Shown here: piece by piece, positions 1 through 9,496 of the stretch
How the letters are laid out: every line of letters starts with the position of its first letter
How positions within the stretch are numbered: the first letter of the stretch is position 1
IMG/VR virus record: IMGVR_UViG_3300017691_000006
Span: 12,751 to 76,750 of that record
Length of the DNA stretch: 64,000 bases
From: a virus
Lineage: Duplodnaviria; Caudoviricetes
Reading direction: 5' to 3' (one strand)
The notes under the pieces: generated by a model
The model's input: the letters and a program-made list of their open reading frames with translations, nothing else
Told to the model about the DNA's origin: nothing
The model's database searches: none
Translations under genes and position numbers: made by a program

Positions 1-61
1 GGCGCGAGGTCGTGCGGAGCACGTAGCCCATATCGAAGGGCGGCGGAGTATCTTCTGCCAT
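1..61 (-). CDS. 5' end of a gene running off the left edge (MAEDTPPPFDMGYVLRTTSR...), by position probably a tail assembly chaperone
   Basis: ATG at 61-59 preceded by AGGA; follows tail tube gene and tRNA; truncated by window. Confidence 0.4.
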   Translation of the reverse strand, partial: MAEDTPPPFDMGYVLRTTSR

Positions 62-78
62 GATTTCCTGTGTGATGT

Positions 79-152
79 TGGCGAGTCGGCCAGGTGTCGA
101 ACCTGGGTCGTCGGTTTTGGAGACCGATGCTCTACCGTTGAGCTACCTACCC
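79..152 (-). tRNA. tRNA-Trp (anticodon CCA), with encoded 3' CCA
   Basis: Reverse complement folds as a cloverleaf: GGGTAGG/CCGACTC acceptor stem (one mismatch), D arm GCTC-AACGGTA-GAGC, anticodon arm TCGGT-CTCCAAA-ACCGA, T arm CCAGG-TTCGACA-CCTGG, ends GCCA. Confidence 0.93.
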
Positions 153-187
153 GAGGGTGGGAGGGACCGGAGCCCCTCCCGTGAGCC

Positions 188-790
188 TTAGCTCGTGAAC
201 GGGCCGAAGAACGAGCCCTGCATCGACAGCGTGAGCGCCGCCGTGTTGGCGTCGGTCAGCTGCGGGTTGACCTGCAGCGCCTCGACCTTGCCGACCCAGA
301 AGAACTGCGAGTTCTGCGTGGTGCCGAGACCAGTCGAGCTCGACGCGAACGCCGTCGCGGTGGTGCCGGTGGGCGGCGAGTTCAGGAGCGAGAAGCGGAA
401 CACGCGCGAGACGGCGTCGTTGACCATCGGCGCGAGCAGCTGACCGGCGACGTCCTTCGCCCAGTCGGCAGCGATGTAGTTCAGCGTCAGCTCCAGCGAG
501 GGAGCGTCGGCCTGGCCCTGAATCTGCGACGAGGTCGCCTGACCGTAGGCCGGGACGTTGACGATGTTCGCGGGTACGCCCATCGCGGGGAACTCGCGGA
601 CGTTCTTCACGCGGATGAACGCGCCGGCAGCGCGGGTGCCGCCCGTGGTGTTGATCTCCGAGGCGAAGAGCGCCTGGAAAGCAGCCGCCGTGTTGAGCGC
701 TGCGAGGGCGGTCGGCGTGAGCTCGGCCACCGGGGTTGCGATGGACAGGTCCGAGTAGTTACCCGAACCGATCGAAGCGATATGTGCCAT
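188..790 (-). CDS. major tail tube protein
   Basis: 200 aa, beta-rich; segment RVKNVREFPAMGVPANIVNVPAYGQ...QIQGQADAPSLELTLNY resembles siphovirus tail tube proteins; synteny after neck genes. Confidence 0.75.
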   Translation of the reverse strand: MAHIASIGSGNYSDLSIATPVAELTPTALAALNTAAAFQALFASEINTTGGTRAAGAFIRVKNVREFPAMGVPANIVNVPAYGQATSSQIQGQADAPSLELTLNYIAADWAKDVAGQLLAPMVNDAVSRVFRFSLLNSPPTGTTATAFASSSTGLGTTQNSQFFWVGKVEALQVNPQLTDANTAALTLSMQGSFFGPFTS

Positions 791-791
791 T

Positions 792-1203
792 CTAGTTACT
801 TACTCCGTAGAGGTTGAAAGGTACCGTGTACTGAGACCGGGTGAGGGAGGGGTTCGCCTTGTCGGCGCCTCTCCCCTGCAGCGTGGAGCCCTTGAACTCC
901 AAGCTGAGTCCTGCTGACAGCTGCACCGTCTTGAAGTGCATGTACTTGTCCAGGACGTCGGCGATAGCGAGGGCTCGGGCTGGACCCTCACCGTCGGCCG
1001 TGTAGATGTCTAAGATACAGATGCCAGATACGGAGACCTTGTTCAGCCCCTTCGCCGAGGGGATGACAGATACGCGTACGTACTCCTTGCTCGCCCTGTC
1101 CGGGACAACGTCCTGGGGGAAGGCGGGAATGTTCTCGGCCAGCCACGGGGCTGATCCGAAGATGGAGTTGACGGCGTCCTGCGCCTGCGTGTAGCGACCC
1201 AAC
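792..1203 (-). CDS. putative tail terminator / tail completion protein
   Basis: Synteny just upstream of tail tube; likely TTG start at 1203 after GGAGG (ORF track extends to 1238); YVRVSVIP...GICILDIYT pattern. Confidence 0.6.
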
Positions 1204-1557
1204 CTACGCCTCCCTGAACAGCTTGACCATCCAGACACGTCCGGACTCGTGCAGCCTTTCGCCGAGCTTCCAGTCGAAGCCCTCGAACTTGACGCTGTCG
1301 TACGAGTTCAGGTCGCCGACCTCGGAAGCCTTGAGCAGCACGGTCTTGACGATCGTGTTGGTGCCCTTGGCAGGCTTCTCGGTCTCGACGACGACCAGCT
1401 TGACGGCGATGGGGGCGAGCGACGTTGACGTCGTCTTGCCCGCGTTCCAGTCGAAGCCGGTGGACGTGCGCTTGGTGAAGGTCGCCTCGACGGCCAGGTC
1501 CTTCACCTTGTTGAAGGCGTTGGACACTTGCTTGTCAATGAGCGACCTGTAGCTCAC
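1204..1557 (-). CDS. putative head closure / head-tail joining protein
   Basis: 117 aa beta-rich protein in the neck gene position between adaptor and terminator. Confidence 0.55.
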   Translation of the reverse strand: MSYRSLIDKQVSNAFNKVKDLAVEATFTKRTSTGFDWNAGKTTSTSLAPIAVKLVVVETEKPAKGTNTIVKTVLLKASEVGDLNSYDSVKFEGFDWKLGERLHESGRVWMVKLFREA

Positions 1558-2030
1558 CAGGCTCTCCAGACTGTGCGACCGCCGCCGTTGCGCAGCAGGG
1601 GTCGCAGGTTACGCTTGACCTGGGACGGGATCACCGAGGCGTTCCTCAGCTTCTTCAGCAGGATCGGGCCGAGGCTCAGGTCCTCGACCGTACCCGTGTC
1701 GTCCAGCAGGCCGTCGTTGTTCAGCAGGTGGTAGGCCAGCTCGCAGGTGGCGTTCGCAACCCTGTCCGGGATGCTGTCCGTGCGGACGAGCCTTCCTAGG
1801 CGGGGGTCGAAGAACACCACGCGGCGGGGCCACGCTAGGGACTGGGTCTCCGAGACGGCGTACCCCTCCCACTCCAGGGAGTCCAGCAGCAGGGTGGCCG
1901 TAGCCAAGGCCCTGGAACGCTGGTCCTCCGACGCCTCCTCCCAAGCGGCAGCGTCGAGCCGCAGCGCGAAGTACGCCACAGCATCGGCGACCGTCACGTA
2001 GGTGTTGGTGCCCTTGGTCAGGGTAGCCAT
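1554..2030 (-). CDS. head-tail adaptor (DnaT-like phage family)
   Basis: N-terminal TNTYVTVADAVAYF...AW...RALATAT motif typical of this family; directly downstream of major capsid gene. Confidence 0.7.
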   Translation of the reverse strand: MATLTKGTNTYVTVADAVAYFALRLDAAAWEEASEDQRSRALATATLLLDSLEWEGYAVSETQSLAWPRRVVFFDPRLGRLVRTDSIPDRVANATCELAYHLLNNDGLLDDTGTVEDLSLGPILLKKLRNASVIPSQVKRNLRPLLRNGGGRTVWRAW

Positions 2031-2043
2031 GTCTCAGGCCTCC

Positions 2044-3231
2044 TTACGCGTGGAAGATCGGCAGGATGCCCAGCTGGAGAGCCGAGTTGGTCTTGCGCTG
2101 CCACACGCCGCGAACGTTCGCGATGTTGGCGTCGACCATGTTCACGGCCTTGCGGAGCGTGCCGGCGTCCATGACCGAGGCGTAGTCCGCGTCGGACGGG
2201 AAAGCCTCTTCCGGGCCAGCCCAGGTGTAGCCAGCCGGGTGAGCCACGTAGCCCCAGCGATGCCAGATCTCGGCGACGCCGGTACCCTTGTACGACGCCT
2301 CACGGTTGTCCACGCCGACCGGGTTCGGGATCGCCAGCTGCTCCATGGCGATCGCGCCGGGGAGGATGACGTACGAGACGTACTGGCCGACGAGGTCGAC
2401 GCCGGCGCCAACGTTGATCTTGGTGATCTCCGCCGGGCTGAGGTCCATGCTCGTGCGGGTCATGAGCAAGCGGAACTTGCCCTGGAAGATCGTGGTGAAC
2501 TCGATGTTGCCGTCCACGACCTTGTCCTGGTCGACGAGGTTCGCCGAGCGCAGCGACGCCATGACCGCGGGGTCGATGACGAGGTACAGGTACTCGGGCT
2601 CGTAGTCCTTCCAGGCCATGCCGACTGCCTTCAGGAAGGCCTCCGCGCGCTGTGCGCCCTGCGAAGTGGTCGTGGGAGCGCCGACCATCTGGGCAGCACC
2701 CAGGTCGACGTAGAAGCCGTAGCGGCGGTCGGTCGGGTCGTTGTAGAAGGTCTGACCGCCCAGGCCGGTCTGGCCCGAGCCGGTGGCGGTACCGTTGAGC
2801 AGCTCCGAGATGGCGACGCCCTTGAGGATCGAGCGGACGGCCGAGTCCTCGTCGAGGGCGCGGTGCTCACCGAACGACTTGCCCATCTGGACGAGGTCGT
2901 CGGTCTTCGTGATCAGCTCGGTCAGGTTGCGCTTCTTCGCGCCCCAGGTGCGGACCGTCTTGATGTACTGCGAGTAGTCGCTGGAGAAGTCGTTGTACGC
3001 GCCGTCCGAGGCGTCGGTGATCGACGCGACGTTGATGACGGGGTTCATCGGCTTGAACCAGCGCATCTGACCGACGAACGTCTCCGTGTTCTTGTCGATC
3101 ATGGGGTTGCCGCCCACGATCGCCGTGGTCGACAGTCGCTTGGCGTTGGTGTACGCCTCATCGCTGTACGCGGTGAGGGTCTCCTGCAGGACGAAGTTCG
3201 TCGCGCCTGCCGGGATTACGGGTGCGGGCAT
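2044..3231 (-). CDS. major capsid protein
   Basis: 395 aa, strongly biased codon usage, follows scaffold gene, precedes neck genes. Confidence 0.8.
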   Translation of the reverse strand: MPAPVIPAGATNFVLQETLTAYSDEAYTNAKRLSTTAIVGGNPMIDKNTETFVGQMRWFKPMNPVINVASITDASDGAYNDFSSDYSQYIKTVRTWGAKKRNLTELITKTDDLVQMGKSFGEHRALDEDSAVRSILKGVAISELLNGTATGSGQTGLGGQTFYNDPTDRRYGFYVDLGAAQMVGAPTTTSQGAQRAEAFLKAVGMAWKDYEPEYLYLVIDPAVMASLRSANLVDQDKVVDGNIEFTTIFQGKFRLLMTRTSMDLSPAEITKINVGAGVDLVGQYVSYVILPGAIAMEQLAIPNPVGVDNREASYKGTGVAEIWHRWGYVAHPAGYTWAGPEEAFPSDADYASVMDAGTLRKAVNMVDANIANVRGVWQRKTNSALQLGILPIFHA

Positions 3232-3246
3232 TCAGTTGTCCTTGTG

Positions 3247-3939
3247 TTATCCGCGCGCGGGCTTGCCGGCGAGGATGTTGCGCATGACCTCGGAAGGGTC
3301 GACGTCGAAGATTGACTTGGGCTTCTGCTGGGTACCCGGTGCCGGGTTCAGCGGGGCGTCTCCGCCCGTGCCGGTGGAACGCTTCGGCTTGAGGAGGAAC
3401 TGGTTGTCCGCGTCCTCGAAGAACGCCTTGGCGTGGTCGGCGATGCTCTTACCCTCGCGGGATACCCAGACACCGTTGGCGTCCTTGACCAGGTCAGTGG
3501 TGATGTCCTTGACGGCCATCGCGCGTGCCTTGGCGTTCCGGAACTCGTAGGTCGCGAGCGCGTCGCTCACGTCACGGTCACGGGTCAGGCCCACGTTCGC
3601 CTTGGTAAGCTCCTTCATCTGATTCTGGAGGTCCTCCAGCTCTCGTGCGTGAGCTTCCTTTTCCTGTCCTGCGTCGCGGAGACGCGCGGTCTCTCGGTCT
3701 CGCTCCAGCTTCTCCAGCTCCTTCGTGCGGGCCTCGGCCGCGTCCTTCGCCTCGTAGGCGGAGTTCAGACGCGCCTTGATCGGAGCCAACGCTGCGGCGA
3801 CTGCCTTCTCGATGTCGGTGCGGTTGTCTTCCGCCGGCTCGATCGGGGTGCCGTCCTCGTTCTTCGTGGGGTCGAAGTCCGGGTTGTCGATCATCTGGCC
3901 CTCGTTGTCGGGGTCCGGAATCTGCTTGGGGTTCGGCAT
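3247..3939 (-). CDS. capsid scaffolding protein
   Basis: Acidic Pro-rich N-terminus, long coiled coil, Gly/Thr C-terminal STGTGG; probable ATG at 3939 after AGAGGA (ORF track starts at 4047). Confidence 0.7.
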   Translation of the reverse strand: MPNPKQIPDPDNEGQMIDNPDFDPTKNEDGTPIEPAEDNRTDIEKAVAAALAPIKARLNSAYEAKDAAEARTKELEKLERDRETARLRDAGQEKEAHARELEDLQNQMKELTKANVGLTRDRDVSDALATYEFRNAKARAMAVKDITTDLVKDANGVWVSREGKSIADHAKAFFEDADNQFLLKPKRSTGTGGDAPLNPAPGTQQKPKSIFDVDPSEVMRNILAGKPARG

Positions 3940-4051
3940 TGTTGGTATCTTCCTCTGAGCACAGCTCAATTGCGGCAGGGGCCACAGACCTCTACCAAAT
4001 GGAATGTCGGTGTGGGCCGCTGGGAGTACAACTCCTTTACAGCCCATACCT

Positions 4052-4071
4052 GGGTTAATTCAACGGGTTGG
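4052..4071 (-). promoter_or_regulatory. class A conserved motif, copy 1 (CCAACCCGTTGAATTAACCC)
   Basis: 20-bp motif repeated 6 times with one variable base; here immediately after the MuF-RNAP stop and upstream of scaffold/capsid. Confidence 0.8.
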
Positions 4072-4073
4072 CG

Positions 4074-7000
4074 TCAACCTACCCCGTACCATCCGTAATT
4101 CTGCTCGAAGTCGTAAGGGACCTCCTCCCTCACGTCGTCTTGCGTCAGGATGTCGTCCTCCGTCATCACCTTGCCGCCGACCACGGACCTGCCCGCAACG
4201 GGTATCAGGCCAGTGTCGATAGCTTCATCTAAGTACCTCTGGTATATCTCCTCGGGCAGTCCGCGACCCTTCATCTCGTCCAGGGTCATCTTTACCACGT
4301 TCTTGTCCAGCGTCTCTGCGTAAATCTCTCGGAGAGCCGAGCGACCGGGCAGCAGGTCGGCGATGTTGGTGAAGAACGCGTCGTGGATGGTGCTCGTGGC
4401 TACGCCCACGCGCTTGCCCCACTGGTGGAACTTCTTCACGATCACGGCGTCGTTGGAGTGGTTACCGTTCACGGCGAAGGCGGTGCGTGCCTTCGTGGGG
4501 TCGGCGATGTCGTTGATGGTACCAGCCTTGTTAAGGGTCTGGTCCCACCAGCTGGCCTCGGACTTCTGCGGGATCATCAGGATGTTGGTGACCCAGTTAC
4601 CCTCCTTGTCCTTGTAGACCAGTCTCTCCTCGAACGTCTGGGTGAAGTTCTGCTCGATCACCTTGCCGTCGAAGTTGACCCACGGGGCTCGAGTCCAGCT
4701 GCCCGGGACGGCGTTCTTGTCCTTGTACAGCACGTTGACCTCGGTCGCCTTCGTCAGGTCCTTGAGGGCCGTGATGCCGGTGTACTTCTCCAAGATGTCC
4801 GGGGCGTACCCCAGGTCCAGCTTGAAGAGCCGCTTACCCACGGTCCTGGTCTCGGGAGCCTGGGTGCCGTGCAGCAGCGTGTACAGCCCGGAGTCGGGCT
4901 TCCAGTCGTAGAAGTACTTCTCCAGCAGCTGCTCGGTCAGCGGGGTGCGCGCTGGCAGCCCCAGCATCTTGGACACGGCTGGAGGCAGGGTGTAACCCTT
5001 CTTGTAGTCACCTCGCAGGGCGAAGGAGGCCACGGACTTCCAGTCCAGCTCCGCGTTCGACGGCTTGGCGTTCCCGAGGAACTCGCCGGCCAGTCGCCCG
5101 AAGAAGCGGGTGAAGTCCTTGAGGATGGGGACCTGCTCCGCCAGGTGCTCGCTCATGATCTTGGCGATGCCCTGGAAGTCGGCGGGGGTCACGATCCGCT
5201 CGTACTGCTGGCTCAGCTTGTCCACGAGGTCGCGGGTGGCCGGGTCCAGGAAGTACAGCTGCTCCATGATCTCGTCGCCGGGGTCCTGCCCCTTGTTGAA
5301 GATGTCGCGCACGTTGGCACGCAGACCTCGGAGCTTCTCAGCACCGTCCGCGTCGTAGCGCTCCACCCTGGCGATGCGGGCGTCTATCTCGTTGAGCACC
5401 TTCTGCCGGTCGGAGGCGGTGACCACCAGCGTTCCGGAGTCCTTGCCCAGCACCTTGCCGAGCTTGCCCTCTACGTTGAGGATGCCCGTCTTCTCGCCCG
5501 CGCCGTAGAACGTGACCATGTTCTGTGCCTTAGCGGCCTTCTGCAGGTCCTTGAGCTTGAGGCCCAGCTTCTCGTTCAGCACCTTGAAGCGAGGGTCGTT
5601 GTAGGTGGCTGCCGCGATCTCGTCGTACAGGCGTCGCTTCTGCGTCGTCGGCACCACGTTGGACAGCGAGGCCAGCTGCTTGTTCCTCGTCGTGAGGGCG
5701 ATGATCTGTGCCCCCGAGGACGAGGCGTCCTGCTCCATGGCTAGCGCGGTCATGTAGTCGTCCAGCTTGTACAGGTTCGACTTCTCGAAGTTGCCGCGCA
5801 GGTGCTTGTTGAGCTTGGCCATCTCGATGGCGAACCGGAAGAACTTGCCCAGCTCCTCGCCGTCCACCTCGGCCACCACCGGGCTCTCCAGCACGAAGCG
5901 GAGGTCCGACGGCTTGGAGGAGATCATGGCCTCGCCTATCTCCACCAGCTCCGCCCTCCAGGCCTCGGCGATCCGCTGGCGACCCACGAAGGTGAGGCCG
6001 TCGTGGCGTCCCTCGAAGTAGTCGCTGAGGCCACCGAGGAAGGAGCCGATCTGGTCGGTGAGGGCGTAGTAGCCGTCCACCCCCAGGGGCTTCTCCACCG
6101 AGGTGTTGAGGAACGGGCGGAAGCTCTCGCCCGACTGCGGGCTGATGAGGCCACGGTCGTAGACGCGGGCGCGGTGGTCGATGAACGGGTGGTTGCTGAA
6201 CGCGACCTCCCTGCCCCTCAGCCACTGCATGGACTTGAACCGCTCGTAGGCGTCGCCGCGCGACGTGATGTACTTGCGGTAGTGGTTGAGCTCGTCGTAC
6301 TTCTTCGCGCTACCGCGGTCGTCGCGGAAGTACAGCAGCTTCTCGATGAAGTCGTAGAAGTCGGGGTCGATCTTGTACTGGGTCTGAGCGGCCCAGTTGA
6401 GCGCGTCCGACAGGCTCTTGTCCACGAACTCGACGGGGAAGTCGGAGAACGAGGAGGTCGAGGTGATCGGGATGCGGGTGTCGTAGTAGCCCAGCCCCTT
6501 CTTCACGAAGTAGGTCTTGTACCCCTCGCGCACCAGCAGCCGGTTGGACTCGTCGGTGACGGCCACGCGCAGCCCGAGCTCGATCTTGCGGTTGAGCTTG
6601 GAGTACTCTAGGATACGCGGGTCCACGACCTTGATGTAGTACGACAGCGTGTCGTAGTACGGGCCGAAGTAGGCTCCCGAGAGACGAGAGCGCATCCGTC
6701 GCTTCTGGACGGCGAACGCGTCGATCTCGAACAGGTGGCCGGCGTTCTTCTCCAGCAGCTTGAGCCCCAGGTTGTACCACTCCTTCCGCGTGCCGTTCAT
6801 GTTGGCGGCGTTGAAGAGGTCGCGACCCAGGGAGACGGCGACGCTGTCCCGGTCGGGGCTGTCTGCCATGCCCAGCCGCTGGGCGAACCGCTGGTAGAAC
6901 TCGCTGATCTGCTGCTCGGTCAGTCGGCTCCTGATCTTCTTGGGGATGTTCAGGTCGAGGATGTCACGGAGCTCGTTGGCGAGCTTGGGTGCCATGCTGT

Positions 7001-8744
7001 CGTCCCAGAGGTTCTTCCTCACGATGTTCGGGATGAAGTCTCGGGCCAGCTCGTCCAGCTGCGTCTCGCCCAGCACGGGGTCCACGTAGGCGTCCTTGGT
7101 CAGCTTGCGCAGCACGTCCTTGTCCTTGCGCAGCTGCGTCTCGATCGCGTCCGAGATGTTCATCACGTCGAACTTGATCTGGCTGTTCAGGACCGCCTTG
7201 AGGTTGCCCCAGGGCTCGCCGTTCCTGCGGAAGCGACCGATAGTGACGCGGAGGTTCTCGACCACCACGGCTCGCTCGTTCATGCCCATCTTTAGGGCCA
7301 GCGAGTCGTCCAGCTGGTTGATGAACTCCTTGTCCTGCTTGAGCAGGTCCGTGCTCTCGTCCACGCGCCTGAGGGCGCCCATGTAGACGTCCTGGTTGGG
7401 CTGGTAGACGCGCACGTCGTCGTAGCGCTGCGTCAGCGGGTTGTAGCGACGCTGGTCCTCGGTCGGAGGGGTCGTCAGCACCCGGTTGCGGGTGTTGCGC
7501 TTGTTGTGCAGCAGCGTGCCACGGTAAGAGGTGATGGACAGGTTGCCGTTCAGGTCGCCCGCCTGCAGGAGGTAGTAGTCCTGGAGCGTCTTCTGCATCC
7601 GGTACAGGTCCTCCGGCATGGAGGCTCCCAGCTGCATCGCGTCGAGGCGGGCCTTGGCGTTGGCGAACTTGCGGGTGTCGCCGGGGATGACGTAGTCGCT
7701 GTCGGTGAGCTGCCTGAGCTCCTTGATGCCGAGCGAGTTGCCCTCCGGGTTCGTGAACTTGTCTACGGTGAGCTCGCCCGAGTTGAGCATGCCCACCTGC
7801 TTGTAGTCGCCTAGGTGCCTGAGCTGAACGTCCAGCGGCTGTCGGAGCAGCCAGTCGTTGTAGCTCTCCCTGAGAGGGGTCTGCCCGTCGTAGAACGCCT
7901 TCTGGGCGTCCGTCAGGCCGTTGAGGTTGCGCCGACGCACCTCGCCGAGGCCCTCCAGCTTGCCGACGTCCTCCCAGCTCTTGAACACCGGGACAGTAGT
8001 GCTCCGGCAGTTCCAGTGAGCCGGAGGTAGGTGAGAGACATCACCGACAGGGTATATCTGACCGTCTCGGTGGGCGCAGATAGGGGTGGTACGGGAGTCG
8101 AGCACAGCCACGTACTGGTAGCCATCGATAGCCTTCGCGTTGGCCTCGTACACGGCGTGGTCTGCCTGCGCGTGCACCGAGGTGACGGCGGTCACGACCA
8201 AGGCCCTGGACTGCAGGCGCGTGATCTTGTTGACGTTGTTGCGGCGCAGGTCCAGCGCCATCTGCTCTACCGTGTCGCCGCGAGCGATGCCTGCCCGGAT
8301 GAGCAGGTCGATACGCTTGCGCTCGTTGGCGGAAACGTTCGACCACCCCGAAGCCAGGGTGGTCTCTCCGTAGAGCGGTCGCTCCAGCACGATCTCCTCC
8401 GCCACGCGGCGTACGGGTCGCTGGGTGCGCCATATCTTGCCCATCGTGTTCTCGACGGACTGGTAGGCGAAGGAGAGCTGGTCGGACACGAGGTCCAGCA
8501 GCGAGCGGCGCGACAGGGAGAAAGTCTCCTCGTGCGTGCGCATCAGCTCCTGGTCCACGGCCTCCCGCAAGCGCAGGAGACCCTTGGTGGAGGTCTCCGC
8601 GCCCCGGACCAGCTCGTCCAGCCGCTCCTCGTGGCCGTCAAGCACCAGGCTCACCTTGCCGTTCACACGCCGCTCGTACAGCCGTACCATGGCCGCGCGG
8701 TCGACGATCTTGTCGTAAAGTTGAGTGTTGGCGTTGTCGGCCAT
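4074..8744 (-). CDS. MuF/SPP1-gp7-like head morphogenesis domain fused to a T7-like single-subunit RNA polymerase (putative virion RNAP)
   Basis: MuF signature GYQYVAVLDSRTTPIC...PPAHWNCRST near aa 205-250; RNAP motifs IDHRARVY, EQDASSSGAQ (A), KAQNMVTFYG (B), HSNDA and TIHDAF (C); lies between portal and scaffold. Confidence 0.9.
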   Translation of the reverse strand: MADNANTQLYDKIVDRAAMVRLYERRVNGKVSLVLDGHEERLDELVRGAETSTKGLLRLREAVDQELMRTHEETFSLSRRSLLDLVSDQLSFAYQSVENTMGKIWRTQRPVRRVAEEIVLERPLYGETTLASGWSNVSANERKRIDLLIRAGIARGDTVEQMALDLRRNNVNKITRLQSRALVVTAVTSVHAQADHAVYEANAKAIDGYQYVAVLDSRTTPICAHRDGQIYPVGDVSHLPPAHWNCRSTTVPVFKSWEDVGKLEGLGEVRRRNLNGLTDAQKAFYDGQTPLRESYNDWLLRQPLDVQLRHLGDYKQVGMLNSGELTVDKFTNPEGNSLGIKELRQLTDSDYVIPGDTRKFANAKARLDAMQLGASMPEDLYRMQKTLQDYYLLQAGDLNGNLSITSYRGTLLHNKRNTRNRVLTTPPTEDQRRYNPLTQRYDDVRVYQPNQDVYMGALRRVDESTDLLKQDKEFINQLDDSLALKMGMNERAVVVENLRVTIGRFRRNGEPWGNLKAVLNSQIKFDVMNISDAIETQLRKDKDVLRKLTKDAYVDPVLGETQLDELARDFIPNIVRKNLWDDSMAPKLANELRDILDLNIPKKIRSRLTEQQISEFYQRFAQRLGMADSPDRDSVAVSLGRDLFNAANMNGTRKEWYNLGLKLLEKNAGHLFEIDAFAVQKRRMRSRLSGAYFGPYYDTLSYYIKVVDPRILEYSKLNRKIELGLRVAVTDESNRLLVREGYKTYFVKKGLGYYDTRIPITSTSSFSDFPVEFVDKSLSDALNWAAQTQYKIDPDFYDFIEKLLYFRDDRGSAKKYDELNHYRKYITSRGDAYERFKSMQWLRGREVAFSNHPFIDHRARVYDRGLISPQSGESFRPFLNTSVEKPLGVDGYYALTDQIGSFLGGLSDYFEGRHDGLTFVGRQRIAEAWRAELVEIGEAMISSKPSDLRFVLESPVVAEVDGEELGKFFRFAIEMAKLNKHLRGNFEKSNLYKLDDYMTALAMEQDASSSGAQIIALTTRNKQLASLSNVVPTTQKRRLYDEIAAATYNDPRFKVLNEKLGLKLKDLQKAAKAQNMVTFYGAGEKTGILNVEGKLGKVLGKDSGTLVVTASDRQKVLNEIDARIARVERYDADGAEKLRGLRANVRDIFNKGQDPGDEIMEQLYFLDPATRDLVDKLSQQYERIVTPADFQGIAKIMSEHLAEQVPILKDFTRFFGRLAGEFLGNAKPSNAELDWKSVASFALRGDYKKGYTLPPAVSKMLGLPARTPLTEQLLEKYFYDWKPDSGLYTLLHGTQAPETRTVGKRLFKLDLGYAPDILEKYTGITALKDLTKATEVNVLYKDKNAVPGSWTRAPWVNFDGKVIEQNFTQTFEERLVYKDKEGNWVTNILMIPQKSEASWWDQTLNKAGTINDIADPTKARTAFAVNGNHSNDAVIVKKFHQWGKRVGVATSTIHDAFFTNIADLLPGRSALREIYAETLDKNVVKMTLDEMKGRGLPEEIYQRYLDEAIDTGLIPVAGRSVVGGKVMTEDDILTQDDVREEVPYDFEQNYGWYGVG

Positions 8745-8771
8745 CGTTCTAGTCGTCCTTGGTTGGGAGCC

Positions 8772-9059
8772 TCACAGCTGCGAGCTCCTGTGTGCGTAGG
8801 CCTCCAGACCCCACAGCTTGCGCATGGCGTCGTCCCGAGCGAACTTCTCGCCCACGGCCTTGTCGAAGTTCTCCACGCTGATGCAGGCGCTCTCGCCCGT
8901 CACCGTGAAGCCGTTGCGCGTGGTCAGCACGCAGATGGTGAGCGTCTTGTACACGTGGAAGTACGTGTCCACGATCGCGGCCTCGACGTCGGCCAGCGTG
9001 ATGCGCTTGGCGACGGCGACCGATGCGGCGAGCTCCTCGCCTGCCTGTAACGTGCTCAT
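8772..9059 (-). CDS. phage Gp49/gp66-family protein
   Basis: LTICVLTTRNGFTVTGESACIS.ENFD.AVGEKFA.DDA..KLWGLEAY is the characteristic family pattern. Confidence 0.8.
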   Translation of the reverse strand: MSTLQAGEELAASVAVAKRITLADVEAAIVDTYFHVYKTLTICVLTTRNGFTVTGESACISVENFDKAVGEKFARDDAMRKLWGLEAYAHRSSQL

Positions 9060-9496
9060 GCCTGCTTGTCCTCCTTAGCTGGCGAATGGAAACCGATCAC
9101 CCCCTTCCCGTTGTCCGCAGACTTCTTGACTACCGAATAACCGAGCTCGCGCATGGCGTGCTCAACGATGTGGTCCAGCAAGTAGGCCTCAGCCTCCATA
9201 CTCGGGTTCTGCTCGCCGATGGTGCGCCAGATGAGCTGCACCGCGTGCATGCTCTCGTGAGCGATCACCGCCGCCGGGCAGACGTCCTCGTCCTCGTGCA
9301 TGTCCTCCGGGAAGGCCAGGAGCACGTAGGTGCCCTCCGGCGTCCCGTAGAAGACGGTGGTGGCGTAGCTGTCCTCGAGAGGGTTAGCCACGGGTAGGTC
9401 GTTCTTCCGCTGGAAGCGCTTGATGGCGGCGGGCGAGTCGGTCACGCCGACCAGCACCGGATACATCAGCCCCTTCAGCCAGGCTATCTTGTTCAT
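9056..9496 (-). CDS. small HExxH putative zinc metallopeptidase-like protein
   Basis: VIAHESMHAV followed by EAEAY; paralogous to 60528..60881. Confidence 0.55.
   Translation of the reverse strand: MNKIAWLKGLMYPVLVGVTDSPAAIKRFQRKNDLPVANPLEDSYATTVFYGTPEGTYVLLAFPEDMHEDEDVCPAAVIAHESMHAVQLIWRTIGEQNPSMEAEAYLLDHIVEHAMRELGYSVVKKSADNGKGVIGFHSPAKEDKQA

Noticed and set aside
4074-8744. Classification as an N4-like (Schitoviridae) phage because of a virion RNAP
   Set aside because: The protein is less than half the N4 vRNAP size and MuF-fused, the second RNAP is a single chain rather than split, and siphovirus-type neck and tail tube genes are present
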